Source: Takakia lepidozioides
Taxonomy: Eukaryota > Plantae > Bryophyta
Direction of reading: 5' to 3'
Length of the DNA: 64,000 bases
NCBI GenBank assembly: GCA_030704615.1
Contig: CM060734.1
Span: 59,210,001 to 59,274,000 of the forward strand
The position numbers and the translations under genes were made by a program. Numbering within the stretch: the first letter of the stretch is position 1; each line of letters begins with the position of its first letter. Below, piece by piece: positions 11,937 to 25,458 of the stretch. Below the pieces are notes generated by a model, which had not been told where the DNA came from, did no database searches, and saw only the letters and a program-made list of their open reading frames with translations.

Positions 11937-12509
11937 TCGCCAATATCTTCCCAGCAGCCCCTCGAATCGACGGGTCCCCTGTGCACAACTCAAGCCATGC
12001 TGCCCTCCCCAACGCCTATGCCAGCCCCTTCACACCCCATCCTTGTAAGTCCACCTCCACTCCCTCCCTCAATTCCACTTCTCAACTTCTCTGATTTTCG
12101 GAGTCAAAAAGCAAGTGTAGAATTCTATGTCTACGGAACAACACCTCCTCCCTACCCGCCTTAAGGAAAACCTGGAAAATTCTACCATCTATAGGCTACC
12201 CTCCTTCTCAGGCTGGCCTCTCCTCCATCCTTGGGTTGGATAACATTCCACTCGCAACCCCTGTTTCGTTCCAATCTCTTTTCCAGAACTCTGCAAGATT
12301 CATTCCGCTTGATGATTCTGGAAACTCACTCCATGGCAGGCCAAGCCCACTGGTACTCTTCATCCACCTTAAAGACCCCATCCACACCGCCCAACCCAAC
12401 CTCTACTGGTCCCTCTCTCTCAGCCCATCTGACAAACGTACCCAGTTTCGCTTCTTTTTATCCAGGCCATCAATTGAGTCTTATCCTCTCAGCCTGTCCC
12501 CATCCATAG

Positions 12510-15500
12510 ATGCAGGTTAGTCTATCCTCTTGGAACATTAGGGGCCTGGGATCTGACCAAATGGCACTCAAAAAAGTCAAGCTATCAGCCTGGCTTAAAC
12601 CCCTAATCCCCTCCCAAGCTATAGTTTTCCTTCAGGAACACAAACTTTGTGATAGAAAGATTCTTAGACTGACTAACCAATTGTGGCCAACCTCCTCCGC
12701 GCTGTGGAAGCCATCCTACGAAGGAACAAAGGGATAGCCATCCTCCTCTCCCCCTCTCTGTTTCATTGTCTTGTCAAGGATGAAATCTGGGAACCAGGGA
12801 GAGCCCAATTCTACTTCCTCAGATTCCCCAATGACAACAACCCGGTTGGCTTCCTCAACATCTATGCCCCTAATGATTCCCTAGAAAGGTCAAGACTCTG
12901 GGATAAAATCTCTCTTCTAATGTCACAGCAACTAGACATAAATAGATGGATTATTGGTGGTGACTTGAACATGGTCGAGAGAGATGGCGACAGACTAGGT
13001 AGAGGCTCATACCACCTTGGGTCTGATGAGGACTTCTCTTGGCACTGTTTGACCCAATATGGTTGAGTTTGAGAGGCCATCAGATGCCCTCTCTGGCTCC
13101 AGTCCCTTCTTCACCTGGTCAAACAACAGAAATATTCAAGATCTATGCATGGCCCGACTAGATAGATTTTATTCTTCTCTGTCTCTTTCCCCCTTCACCT
13201 CTCTAAGCCCTCAGGAACCTATCCCTCTAGGATTCGACCATGCCCTGGTCTCTGCAACCCTCACGCTGCCCAACTCTCACCCTAGAGGGAAAGGATGTTA
13301 CAAACTAAACTCTTCACATCTTCGCCTGGCTTCCTTCACGGATGCCCTCAAAAAAGCTTGGCATTCCACAGCCATTACGGCTTCATGCCCAATCCTCAAA
13401 TTCGAAGCCAAATTAGCAGCTACAACCAAATTAAGCCAAGAACTCAGCCAGGAAATTGCGGAGGCTAGGAAAAGAAAACAACAAGCCCTCAAGAAATGCC
13501 TAGGGGTCTGTCAGAAGAAAATAGAAGCTCGTAGGTGCGACGCCCACACCTTCAATACCTACCTCGAAGCTCGATTCAACCTTGACAATTACAACCTAAT
13601 CCTGGAGAACAAAATGAAAATGCAGGCAGGTATTAACTGGTCTATGAAAGGTGAGAAGATGTCCAAATACTTCTTCCAAAAAATGCAGCAACGTAGGGCC
13701 AGCCAAGCAATCTCCCATCTTTACATTGACAGTCCGGGAGCCTCCTCCAACATCCCTAGACAGATGTGTGCCTCCGCATACAATCACTTCTCTAAACTCT
13801 TCCAGGCGGATCCAAATGACTCTCTCTACCCTGATAAACTTAGAGAATGCCTCCAATGTATACCCCGTACTCTTCAGCCCCAGGACACCGCCGAGTTAGA
13901 AGCTGACCTGTCCTCACAAGAGCCAGGGATGGATGGGATGACAGTTGAATTTTACAAGGCACTATGGACAACCATCTCCACTGACTTCTGTGACATGGCC
14001 AATGCCATTAAAAAAAAAGGGTTTTATGCCTGTCTCCCTGACTCAGGGTGTTATCATTCTTCTTCATAAGAAAGGGGACAGAGCAAACATTGGCAATTAC
14101 AGACCCATTACTTTGCTAAATGTGGCTTACAAAATAATCGCCAAGGCCTTGGCCCTTCGCATTCAACCTCTTCTCCCATCCATGATCAGACCCGGCCAGG
14201 CAGGTTTCGTTAAGGGCAGATACATTCTCGACAATGTGTTGTTAGCTCAAGAAGCAAGCAACTATGCATGCAGCACTGGCCAAGCTCTAGCCCTCTGGCT
14301 CCTAGACTTCGAAAAGGCTTTTGATAAAGTGGACTGAACCTTCCTGCAGGCAGTCCTACAGAAAGCAGGCCTCCCTCCCTATTTCTGCAAATGGGTACAC
14401 ATCCTCTTGCAAGGAGCAACTAGCAGAGTCACTATAAACGGATACCTGTCAAAGCCTTTTCAACTACAAAGATCGGTCAGACAGGGATGCCCGCTTGCGC
14501 CATTCCTCTTCTTGTTTGTTGCAGACGCCCTTGACTACATGCTTCAAAGCAACCCCTTGGTGAAAGTTTTGAAACTGCAGAACCCCAGAACTGGGCATTG
14601 GAATGAGGTCAAAGATTCGATGTACGTAGATGATACCTTTTTGTTGCTTCAGGCAGACCACCCAACTCTTGTTGCGGCTCAAAACACCCTAGCCCACTTC
14701 TGCGACATCTCGGGATTCAAGGTCAATTGGTCAAAAACAGTCTAAATCCACCATAGGAGTATCCCCTACTTGGGGCCAACACCTTGGTCTCACATGGCTT
14801 AAAGATGGCGAGACCGTCACCTTGCTAGGGCATACATTTGGGATCAACCTGACAGAAGAGCAATGTATGGGCCCCACTATTCAGAAACTGAAACGCCAGC
14901 TTGCTTACTGGGGGTCTTGCCACCTCTCTATTACGGGTAGAGCGTTGATAGCAAACCAAGTTCTATTAGCTGGGGTTTGGTTCTTTGCATGCTGTTTGAA
15001 GAGCAGTATCGGACAAAGCTCTACTGATTAGGTTGGGAGTTTTTTTTTTTTTTTTTTTTTGGCTCTTGTAGAGAGTAAAAAATCTTCAAAGAAATAAAGA
15101 GACTGATACGCAACTTCATCTGGGGTCCGCATCTGCTTCTCAGAACAGAAGACCCCAAGTATCATGGGCCCAGATCTGCCTCCCTAAAAAGATGGGAGGG
15201 CTAGGAGTCTTAGACCCAGAGACTCAAGTTAAGGCGCTTCTTGGGAAATGGATACCCAGATATCTGGGGCCCGAGGGAGGCTGGTGGAAGCTAATGATAG
15301 CTAACACTATCTACTCCTCCTCCCCAATGCAATGGGTTCTATGGCCACAATCCAGCAGATGGATTGTCCAAGGATTCAATCACAAATCACCGGGCTCTGA
15401 TCTTTGGTCCTCCATCTGGAAATCCTGGAATTGTCTCAGGCTTTTTTTGGTGAAAAAAGAGCCATCCTCATTTCATGAAACCTTGAGACAACACCTATTC

Positions 15501-16813
15501 CTCAATGACCCTAACCCATCGATAGATAACTAGGGTTCAGCAAAAAGATGGGCTGAATGGGAAACTAAACACCTTTGGGACAGCACCCCTCAATCCCTGA
15601 AAGGGGCTCTGGGTGCGAATCACCTCCAATCGGGAATACCTCTCATCATCCAATCAATCCCGAATACCTGGAAACTAGTACTCAAGGATGGCCCGGACCC
15701 TCATAGACCACATCAATGGATTCTTCCACAAAGTCCATCTTTACAAGTCATCTATGTTTATGAAGTCTATCCATCTATGATCTCCGATTACAGATTTCAG
15801 GCTCATGAACTTATAGGCAGCCTCTCCCTTACTAGCTCAGACATCATTTCAATTCCAAATCAGGAAGCCATCCTTGCTAGGATCTGCCACTGGTCTTCAC
15901 CGAAAAAAAACTTCAATCGTATTCCCCTGTTAACATGGCTCAGGAAATAATCATTCACTCTGGTTGGAAACTCGGGCATCGCATCCTTGCAATTGGACCC
16001 TGCTGAGTGGCAGTGGACAATCAATGACGAGATTCATCCTCTCTTCTCATACTCTGCTCGACAGGGTTACAGGGCATTACTTCGTGCCAGACCTCTCACC
16101 ACAAAATGGGAGGGCAAATGGAATCATGAGAGATTCAGCGAGGAAAACTGGAAGGGCATCTGGTCAATAGTCTGGGAGAAGAAAAAGCCTGCCAAGATAA
16201 GTGCCTTTTCTGTGGCAGATAGCCAACAGAGTCCTCAAATAGAGTCCTCAACAGAGTCCTAATTTAAACTTCAACGCTGCTACCCAGGCTGTGTGGATGC
16301 TGTCCTGACCAAACAATAGAAACCCAGGAGCACTGTCTCTTTCAATGCCTAGCACCGAAAATTATCACGCCCTTGGTCCAATCATTCTACAGAAATTGGG
16401 AGCCCTTCAACCTTCACTCCGTGAAAATCCTCCTCAACTACAGTCAAACAAGGAAAGCAAAAGCTCAGGACTGCCCGGTTTTTGAAGTGCTAAGATACTC
16501 AGTTCTCTGGAACATATGGAAAGGTCGATGTGCATGGATCTACAACAAGGAAAATACATCCGCAACTGCTATTTTGACTCTTGTCTTCTTCGATCTCAAA
16601 GTAGCAGCTAAAAAAAAATGGGCTTCCTTGTGTGCAGAGGTTGTCAGGAAACCTGAGCGCCAGCCTGCACTACTCCATGCCTTCCAGACAACTTGGGCCC
16701 ACCTCGGAATCATTTGTCGCTTCCCTTATGATCTCTCCTGTATTTGGACAGAGGGCATCCCCTCCTACTGGGAAGGACACAGAGGACTGCTCTTCAGCAT
16801 CCCCAGAGTTTGA
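12510..16813 (+). pseudogene. LINE ORF2 (APE endonuclease, reverse transcriptase, C-terminal zinc-binding region)
   Basis: SWNIRGLG, LQEHK, NIYAPN, GGDLN, RLDRFY, FDH; PGMDG, NYRPITLLN, QAGFVKGR, LDFEKAFDKV, RQGCPLAP, YVDD; C-terminal HCLFQC and WNIWKGR. Many stops and frameshifts. Confidence 0.95.
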
Positions 16814-17354
16814 AAGATCGGAGATCAACTGGAAGCATGTCATGTCCTCCTCAACAGCGCGCCTCTACTTCCACCGTTAGAACTCTTATTTCTCTGCTCT
16901 AATCCAATCCCCCACTTTGTCTCACTCTCGCCTCTCTCTATCCTGCCTGCTCCTTCTTCACCATCCCCCTTCACTACCACCCCATTCCGTCGAACCCCCG
17001 ATCCTACCTCTGCCAAGTATTCTTAGGGCTAGAGTCCTCTTCTAACCCTCTTCCCTCCCACTCGCTAAATTACGCTCTTATCACCCTAATGCTACACTCC
17101 ACCAGCATGGATAATCAACTGAGGGCTGGAGCCTCTCCACACTTGGAGTTTCTAGTGATTTAATTCACGTCTTATGGTGTCGTCTTGTTACAGTTACTAG
17201 CTCTACGTTATCTGGCACAGCCTCCTGTGTGACATGCCTTATGGCAGCCTTTGGCAACCGAGGGTTTTTTTTTTTTCCCTCCAATAATTATAATAAAGTT
17301 TGAGCAGGGCCTCAGTCCATTTTCAAAAACCAAAAAAATAAAAATAAAAATAAA

Positions 17355-17900
17355 AATGCAAAGGGAAAAAGTCCGGGAAATAGATATAGTCTAGGGACTT
17401 CAACAGGGAAATCACATCCCAAAATGCATAGGGAAAGAAAGAGGGAAATTATATTAGAGGAAATAAAGAGGGAATCTATGTTCTAGGAATTAAGTTAGGA
17501 GGAAAATTCATATCCTAGGGAATTGCAAGCAAACAGAATAAACAGAGAAATTAACATATCTCCAGGGGACTTCAAATAGGGAAATTATATTTTTAAAATT
17601 CATAGGGTAATAAAGAGGGAATTTATATTTTTGAATTTCAAGAGGGAAGACAAATATGGGCCAAGGGATTTAAAGGCAAAAAATTAATAAATGAAAACTT
17701 AATATATTTTCCAGGGGTCTTCAATATCCTAAATGCATGGGGATATAAAAAATGCATTTATATTCTAGGAGCAGACTAGGTTGATTAATATCTTAATAGC
17801 TTAGGACTTGAGATGCAAAGGGAAACAAATAAAGAACCAAAATGACACATCTAAATTTGCCATAGGAAAAGGGGAAAGAAAGATATTTATGTTGCAAAAG
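17355..17900 (+). repeat. Tandem repeat right arm (continuation, increasingly degenerate)
   Basis: Resumes at the interrupted unit: aatgcaaagggaaaaagtccgggaaatagatatagtctagggacttcaa. Confidence 0.88.
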
Positions 17901-18344
17901 ATATATATATTCCATAAGGATTTGAGTTAAGAGCCTCACTTATATACCAATAAGTGCTCCGGTCTCACGCGTTTGAGCCACTACATTTCCGTGACACTCT
18001 AGACATTCAATATTGAGTTCAAGCATGTTATATGAGCCCACGAGCCCTACCATATTTGGCCACTGCATCAGGATATGAGAATGCGATACGCTCGTTTAAG
18101 CTAGCCCTTTTTTACACCCTACAACACTTCACCTATGTGTTCTGCATGGCATCCTCCAAGTTGCCCATTTGCACCTATCCACCCTGAGACTCCTTTGGAC
18201 AAGCATACATGATAAGAGAAACACTACCATCTAAGACAAAAAGTCGACCCTGTTCTTCAAATCCAAATTTGCTGCACACACCACAATCAATTTAGGTGAA
18301 AACTTCAGTACAAACAGGTTGCCACGTTCGTTATTGTAAGAACA

Positions 18345-18730
18345 ATGACTTTGCAAAAGTCTCAACCTTCAATACCCAGGGCCTTTCACTTAGTTGCCCT
18401 CATACACTTATATATGCCCTCACATGCTGATGACCTTACGCTGATCCTTGACATCCTACACACAATCTCAGTCACCGTTACCCAACCTATTAACCAGCAC
18501 CACCACTTCATATTAGCAGGTGACTTCAATAGAGATATCGCCCTACTTGGCCATGCTTACAATGGCACGCACAAATCCCCATCCCCACTGGACCATGAAT
18601 GGGCCAAATTTACTCAATTACATAAATTTTGATATATACCCGTTGACCACCACTACTCTAGACAAGGTGGACTTAACTACTCCTCATTAAGTCTACTAGA
18701 CGGTTTCTACCTTCGAATACCGAGTGAGAT
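18345..18730 (+). mobile_element. Fragment of a second, unrelated LINE endonuclease
   Basis: HLYMPSH...FILAGDFNRD, followed by YSRQGG...SLLDGFY; APE motifs with stops. Confidence 0.65.
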
Positions 18731-20889
18731 TCCGGATTATCTTCAGTGCCAGATATGTGGATCAAATCCAAACATCCAAAATATCTCTCTTTTTACCTAG
18801 TTTTCATCTATATCTATCCCTATGTTCAACCAATCGCACATCCACAATGACAATCCTCCCACCCTTTGTGATCATCTTCATTTCTATCCAAGATAAAAGA
18901 TAAGAATGTAAGAAATCATTTGCTGGGACTCTGTACCTCGCAAAACTGATATAATTCCTCAAAGTAGTGCTTGTCTGAGCAGCCCGTTGCATGCTCCACT
19001 AGGAATTGCCAGAAGGGACGACCATCATCCACATACTTCTCCACAGAAATGAAAAAGCACTGGAATCACATATGCCTACCCTCAAAGCCTTCCCTACTTG
19101 CAATTTTCAATTGACCATGCCTAACAGAAGACGCAAAGAGAGTAGTTTATCTTCAATTTCCTTAAACTTACACGGTGCACAACATACTTTGGAAATGAAT
19201 ACTAACACCTAGTGTGATGATCATATCAGTTTCGATGTAGGCTCCAGACAGGCATAGAGGACAAACAATTACCTCAAGATAGAGCGACACCATGTTTGTG
19301 AATACGCCAGAATCTCGTCCTCATTGTACACCAATTTTGCGATAGACCTATCAAGCCAAGATCAATTACTTTTATCAAATGTACAGACGATCAGAGAGTT
19401 TTCCTTCCATTGGGAATCCGACAAGAATTCAGCAGCCTATGTCCCATGACTCTTTTACTCGCTGTCCCTTCTCCAACACAACAAAGAAATCCGACTAGAA
19501 GTAAAGTTTGGAAGCCAATGTTTTTCCTACATAGCAGACCACGGAAAGAAACACGAGCAAAGACGAAGCTCGCTAAGTGCGACAGATACTAAAGGAATGT
19601 AAAGTGAAATGAAAATCACAAGATCTAAACTCTTAGAAAGAAGCTTAATTTACTGCAGATGGTAAGGAGGAAAACCAACGTGTGCAGCCGGCTAAGATGG
19701 GATCATGAGAGTGCCGGTAGCATCGACCAGCAGAGTCTTGTGTGTAAGACCACCATTGATATGGCAACGATGGTCTTCACAGTCACTCAATTCACTAGAA
19801 TAATCGTATTGCAACTCTCGGCTGGACACCATAGTTGTGGCTGTTGTTTTCAAGGTTCTCATCTGCAGCCATAATGTTTTAGTGTTAGAAAATTACTTTT
19901 CAAAAGTTGAGGTTGACTGCTCTTTCTTCACTACAGAGATAAGCAACAAGTCACCCCACCAGCTGACGATACTCCATCCGTGACCCGAGACTCTTTAAGG
20001 AAAGATGGATGGATTGCAACTTTGCACACTTTCACTGCGTTTGCACCCCCACTGCAACACATCTCCTTTGGGGTTTTGCAAGCCCTGAATCTAGACTTAC
20101 TTTCCCAAACATGAAGGTGCAAGCATGGAGATGGACAATGAGATTGGTGAAGAGTTTGACAAAGATAGCAACAGAGAAGGGGAAGAAGAGATTGAGACGG
20201 GGGGAGGAGGATCATGATGGGAGAGTGATGATGAGACAGAGCCGAATATGAAGGAACAAAATTTGAATTATATAAATGTGTGAAGATGTTTGCCAAACAA
20301 CACACTGGGGAGCTGGCGGGCTCTCCACCACTTGTTTTTTTCTACAAGTGTTGGGGGGCGGGGGTTGGGGGGGGGAGATCCCCAGACAGCGTAATCAGGA
20401 ACATTCTTCATTTTATAAAATCCCATTGTTCTATGTTGAAGTCCCTTGCAAAAATGCACATTAACATGATATTTTCAAAATTTTCCCAAGAGAAAATATT
20501 GTAGATTCCCCCATTTTTTATGAGAATCCCGGTTGAAAGGATAATTTCCCATGTAGAGTCTAATCTTTACTAGGATGGACATTGATATCCCTTGTATACT
20601 AGTTTTATTTCCTTAGATAATAATGGGATTTCAACATTGCCTACATAACTACCTCCATCTACCAGGGAAATATAACGTGTTTTGCACCATTGTGCCACGG
20701 GACAAAGACATAAGTTCCTTGTGAAGGGAAGGGGGAGTCGAAGATGAGTTAGCAATCAGGGGCAATTTGCATGAGATGTTCAATAGCAGCGGGATAGCAG
20801 CAAAGAACCTGCAACGTGCGTTGGATCACTCTTTAAAAAAGTATATGCCGCACCTCAGCACACCTCAGCACCTGGTTTGATTTTGGCAT

Positions 20890-21097
20890 GTTGTTACTGA
20901 AGTGTAATAGTGTGGACGATACTACGTAATAGTGGTACTGGTAGGGTATCGTCCACATTATTATAAAGCAGATACCAAGCCAATACATGTATGAGACGAG
21001 TATATGCTAGATTGCGGCCTAAGATGATACCAGACTGGTCTGGTATTTCATGCCAATATTGATACCAGTTTCTTATCGGTATACCAGTCCAACACTG
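20890..21097 (+). mobile_element. Non-autonomous remnant (right end) of the hAT family at 59622-63959
   Basis: ataccagtccaacactg at 21081-21097 is identical to the right TIR at 63943-63959; repeated tggtat/atacca subterminal motifs. Confidence 0.75.
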
Positions 21098-22059
21098 CTA
21101 TATCGCTGACGAATTAACTATAGGTTCATTCACACCTGGTGCTACGTTCGTTGGTAAGCCCGATTATAACTCCCTCAGTTCAGACCACGCCATAAGTAAG
21201 TGACGTGGCACCGCTTATTCACAAGCCTATCTCGACCGTGGACTGAATCAATTTCACATACTACGTCTGCACCTTGAGGTCGGATATATCTTCCACGCGC
21301 ATGTAAATAGAAGAATGAGAATACTCATCAGGCGAACTAATGCAATCTAGGGTCTCGAGGATGGTCTAGGAGGATTAAAGAATCTCAAAATTGAATGCAC
21401 ATGAAGTATGTTGTACCGGTTGATTGGCAAATTCTGTAGCAAGAGGGAATCTGCCCTCATGTGAATGCCATAGCCAACGATCCTAAGGAAAATTTGTGTG
21501 TGCCCCCAAACCACAAAATCAAAATGAGTGGTTGGACTGTGATCGGCAAACTCCTTGATCCCAATCCTGTATCTGCCATCTGTGCAGAAAATGGGAAGCC
21601 TTAATGAATAATCAACGGGTTAGATCAGCTTCAGAAAACTATTACAATCGCTCACCTCTGTGGGGTCTCTTCCTTTTGTGCTTCATATCAACTGCTTGCT
21701 TCTTACATTACATATCTTAATTCACCTCAATGTGGTCATATCCATGTTGATACCTAGGAGTGACCAGACAAGTATCACTAACATCCCCACTTCAGTTTAT
21801 ACTGTACTGTTGAAGTCCATGGTGATTCTATGCCACGACACTTGGACTATGAGTACTCTATATATGCAAGTTAATTAGCCACCATATGCAACATTTGCCT
21901 AGGTTTCTAATCACAATGCTTAATCCTAGAACCTAATCACAAAAACAACAAGAGCTGTCACCTTCTTTCTATCTCTCATCCTCTCTCGAACAGATATGGT
22001 TGCAAAAGCTTCCCTTCTTCAATTTTTACCGAACATCAAACCGACACATTTTGAATCCA

Positions 22060-22230
22060 GCCTTTATATCTGTTCTCTCTGCATGTAGCCATACGGGCCT
22101 AGTAGATGAGGGCCATCACTACTTGGGTTCCATGAGCCGAGATTATGGCCTCACACCAACATTGGAGCAATTTTCCTGCGTCGTGTCAAACCTTCTTGGC
22201 CGTGTAAGGCGATTAGATTAGGCAGAGTAG
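22060..22230 (+). pseudogene. Orphan PPR L2-S2 fragment
   Basis: FISVLSACSHTGLVDEGHHYLGSMSRDYGLTPTLEQFSCVVSNLLGRVRRLD*AE parallels FISVLSACRHVGLLDEGRRYFDSLSQDHGVTPTVKHFGCMVDLLGRAGRLDEAE at ~1350-1510. Confidence 0.85.
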
Positions 22231-22374
22231 CAGATCCATTTTTGTGAATCTGAGCTCTTAGATGCAAATGAAGATGAAATACGTGAGGCTGGATATTTTG
22301 AGGAATAAATTCAATGAGAAGCATGCTTATATACATTTCTGTAAGAAGTGGGCCTTTCAATATGACATATCATG

Positions 22375-22600
22375 AGGTCGTTTGATACCAGACCAATATT
22401 GATAATGCCCTTCTAAAAACTCTTGCTATTAATACTCATAAAACACCTCACCAATCATGTATATTGATACCACCATCGTATCCAAATCTCATATTTTTGC
22501 CAATACCAGTACCTCCCTGGTATCACAACTGGCCGGAGGCCTATATACCAGTACCAGTATGGTGTGTTCAAAAATATATAACACTGGTATATAGCTATTA
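22375..22600. mobile_element. Degenerate hAT-family subterminal remnant
   Basis: Dense atacca/tggtat motifs; caataccagtacctccc resembles caataccagtactcccc at ~59769. Confidence 0.45.
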
Positions 22601-23164
22601 ATCCAGATTTCAATCTTGATTTTCCCATTTAAGTATGGAATCTTTATCTCTCTCAAGATTCGGATCAACAAACTTGTCTTTAATTGGCTCCGAAAGGAGA
22701 TAATGTCTACCACTCGAAAAGCCATGAGTTGTGCAACTCATTTGTTGATTTCTACCACATTAGCTAGCCAAGTTGGGGCCATGGTTTGCAATAGCCAAAT
22801 GGATCACAAACTCGTATCTGGGATGCTTATGCAACCTCAAATGATCTTAGATACAGATCAACTCATATTGACAAATTTGCAAGTGGCATGAAAAAAATTG
22901 GACTAGTAAAATTTATAGTAGTTGTTATACTGTGTACAGTGAAACAACCATACAATTATGCTATAATATATATGTGGTATACTAGCTAGTATTCCATCCA
23001 ATTCAGATCCAATGTCGAACGTTTTGATTTTTCGCCGAGTCCAAAATATTAATTAATCTACGCATTATGTTGCTATGCAGTTAGTTTGCATAGTGTATCA
23101 TGTGTAGTTGTAGGTTCATTGGTTGTTTGAAAAAACTTGTTGTTTATTTGTAAGTTATGGTTTT

Positions 23165-23560
23165 TCATTTGAAGGTCCATGGCTCGTTTGTGACAGGGCC
23201 CTTTGTCCTCCACTTGTCACGGGTCTCCACGTTGTCGAGATATATCCGCACATCCCTTCGTAGTTGGGGCAATATCTGTAATAACTGACCCAAGGCGATG
23301 TCCACCTTGCCGTCCATTACTTTCATAGCCAATTGCTGGGGTTCCGTTGCGAGTTGCTGGTGCTTTATGTCCAGCTCGTCGACCCATCCTCTCACCGTAC
23401 TTGGTTCCTCCAGTTTGTTGTCTTCCACTACTGTGGGTAACAAACTAAATGGCTCCAGCCTAGCCTGTTCGGATTGGGCTAGCTCCACCATCTTCTGTCG
23501 TAGTTTCTCATCTTTGTCCATACTGATTTGTTGTGGATAAATAAACATGTTGATGTCCAC
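23165..23560 (-). mobile_element. Probable Ty3/gypsy gag-pol fragment
   Basis: KVDIALGQLLQILPQLRRDV resembles the segment upstream of the protease in Ty3-type polyproteins; no LTRs seen. Confidence 0.4.
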
Positions 23561-25458
23561 AGTTGTTTAATGTATCAAATACTTTGTTTTGTTTATCAAA
23601 TGCCTTTAAGCATACTTATACTATGATTTACAGAAGAATATGACTTTTTATGACAAAATGCTTCATTGCACGATACTTGGCAATGTTGGCATTCATTTGG
23701 CCTTGTACTTTCTTTGTGAAACCTGGGTATGGCTCGTACTTGAAAAGCATGTGGAGAACCTGCAGTGGCACACAGAACATTGTAAACTCCCCTCACTCAA
23801 AAGGGAAAGATATCATTGGCTGGCGATCAAAATTCAAAAATGCATGATCAATATATAAGCTTCATTAGAGAAGGCTAGATTTTTCTGAAGTCCACCAATG
23901 CCCGTGGTAACCCAACTTATCATTGGTTGATTATTAGCCATGCTCAACTAGATGACATACATTCTGTGCGCAATGAGCGCATCAACTTCCTTAAGAAAAC
24001 TGCCAACTAGAAATTTTTCACAAGATGGTTACTAAACCCTAGAAAGTGGTCACCACAACCTAGACCGATTGAGTGCTTTAAGTCAGGCTCTTCATATTCA
24101 ATTATGAACGTTGTTACTAGGTTGTAACTATCTTTTGGAAGAAAACTACATAGGGGAAGGACAACTTGATTGTCTCCACTGCTCCCGAAGTGTCCTCCAA
24201 AACCTGGAGTCTCTCCAAATCATTTCTACATTTCAGTTTACTCTTCACCCCTACCTCACTTACCTCCAACAAGTATGCATGCTTTTGTCGCTACCACGAT
24301 AGTGAGGAACTTCGATTTAGAATCATCGAGCCGTTCTGCAAGTAAAAAGAATGAGAAAGATATGAGGTTGTAATTAACATTGAACAATTCATTGGTCCTG
24401 CTTTTTAGAACATTCGATATAACACCCATGTATACGTGCATATATAATAGATTTAGGCAATATCAAGTGACTTGGTACATTCCAAGTCAATTTTCTTTTC
24501 AACTCCGATGAATTTCATGATGTCATTTTTTTTTACTGGTACGGGATGTGACATTGTACTAAGATCATTGATATTTAATCATTTTATATTATGATGTTCA
24601 TTGATTTTGTCTAAAGTCTTCCCCACTACAAGTAGTGAGTGGAGCCATTTGTGGTGTGTGAAGGTTGATGGTTTTTTTTCTTCCAGAACCACTGGAACGC
24701 ACATGAAACATGCATCAACCAGGCTCTATCACCATCTTAATTCTTGCCTGCAAAACACGTGACAAAATGGCTTCATTTAGATAGATAGACCAATAAAAAA
24801 GAGCCCTGCAAGCAGATATGAAGTAGATCTAATTTACCTCGTGAACTCAATGGATGTAGTAAAGTTGCTTATCAGCAACATTGTATGTGTGGTTGGTGTT
24901 GTTGAGTGCCATGAATCCAGTTTCATGGATTGATTCACATCGTTTTGACAAGTGAAGCTTGAAGAAAATAGCTCAACACAAATATGAGGGGGAGAGAGAG
25001 AGGCCAATTGGTAAAAGCTGTGAGAGAGCAGCAAAAGAACATCAAATGAATGAAATTACCAGCATGCTACTCGAAGTAACTCGTGGAGCATTGCATGCCC
25101 GTTCGACCAAGAAACTCATATCGTTGTAGATGTCCTTGGAGAGGTCCTTACATTTTTTAATTCGTCCTAAACCAGGAAGGGAAGAGATAATATTAAAAAA
25201 AAAATTTAAGAGGGGAAGTAGCCTTCAGTAAAACTTTATTGATAAGGAGAAAAAATAAAACCGGCCCGAGGGGCCATGAACTTAGCAAACACACCAACAA
25301 AGGTATAGGAGGAACCCATGATATCATTTTTAATTTTTTTTCTTTTTTACACTTACATAGTAGCACTAAAATACCTGGAGCAAGGCAGTGGGGCCGGAAA
25401 TCACTGGCTAGCAGTTGTTAGGCTAGCAGGCGGGTGCGGCCGCCGGCCGGGGCCTTAA

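Larger units (their letters stand above)
9001..17354 (+). mobile_element. Full-length L1-clade non-LTR retrotransposon (LINE), ~8.35 kb, decayed
   Basis: TSD AATGCAAA at 8993-9000 and 17355-17362, A-rich tail at 17325-17354, ORF1 with CCHC knuckle, ORF2 with APE endonuclease and reverse transcriptase. Confidence 0.93.

Noticed and set aside
20352-20380. G-run tract with G-quadruplex potential
   Set aside because: Isolated low-complexity run in TE debris with no functional context.
20640-20703. tRNA or SINE-like start on the minus strand (gtcccgtggcacaatggt)
   Set aside because: A-box-like only; no B-box or cloverleaf.
23596-24441. Cluster of short ORFs
   Set aside because: No recognisable motifs or consistent splice structure; probably decayed TE or intergenic DNA.
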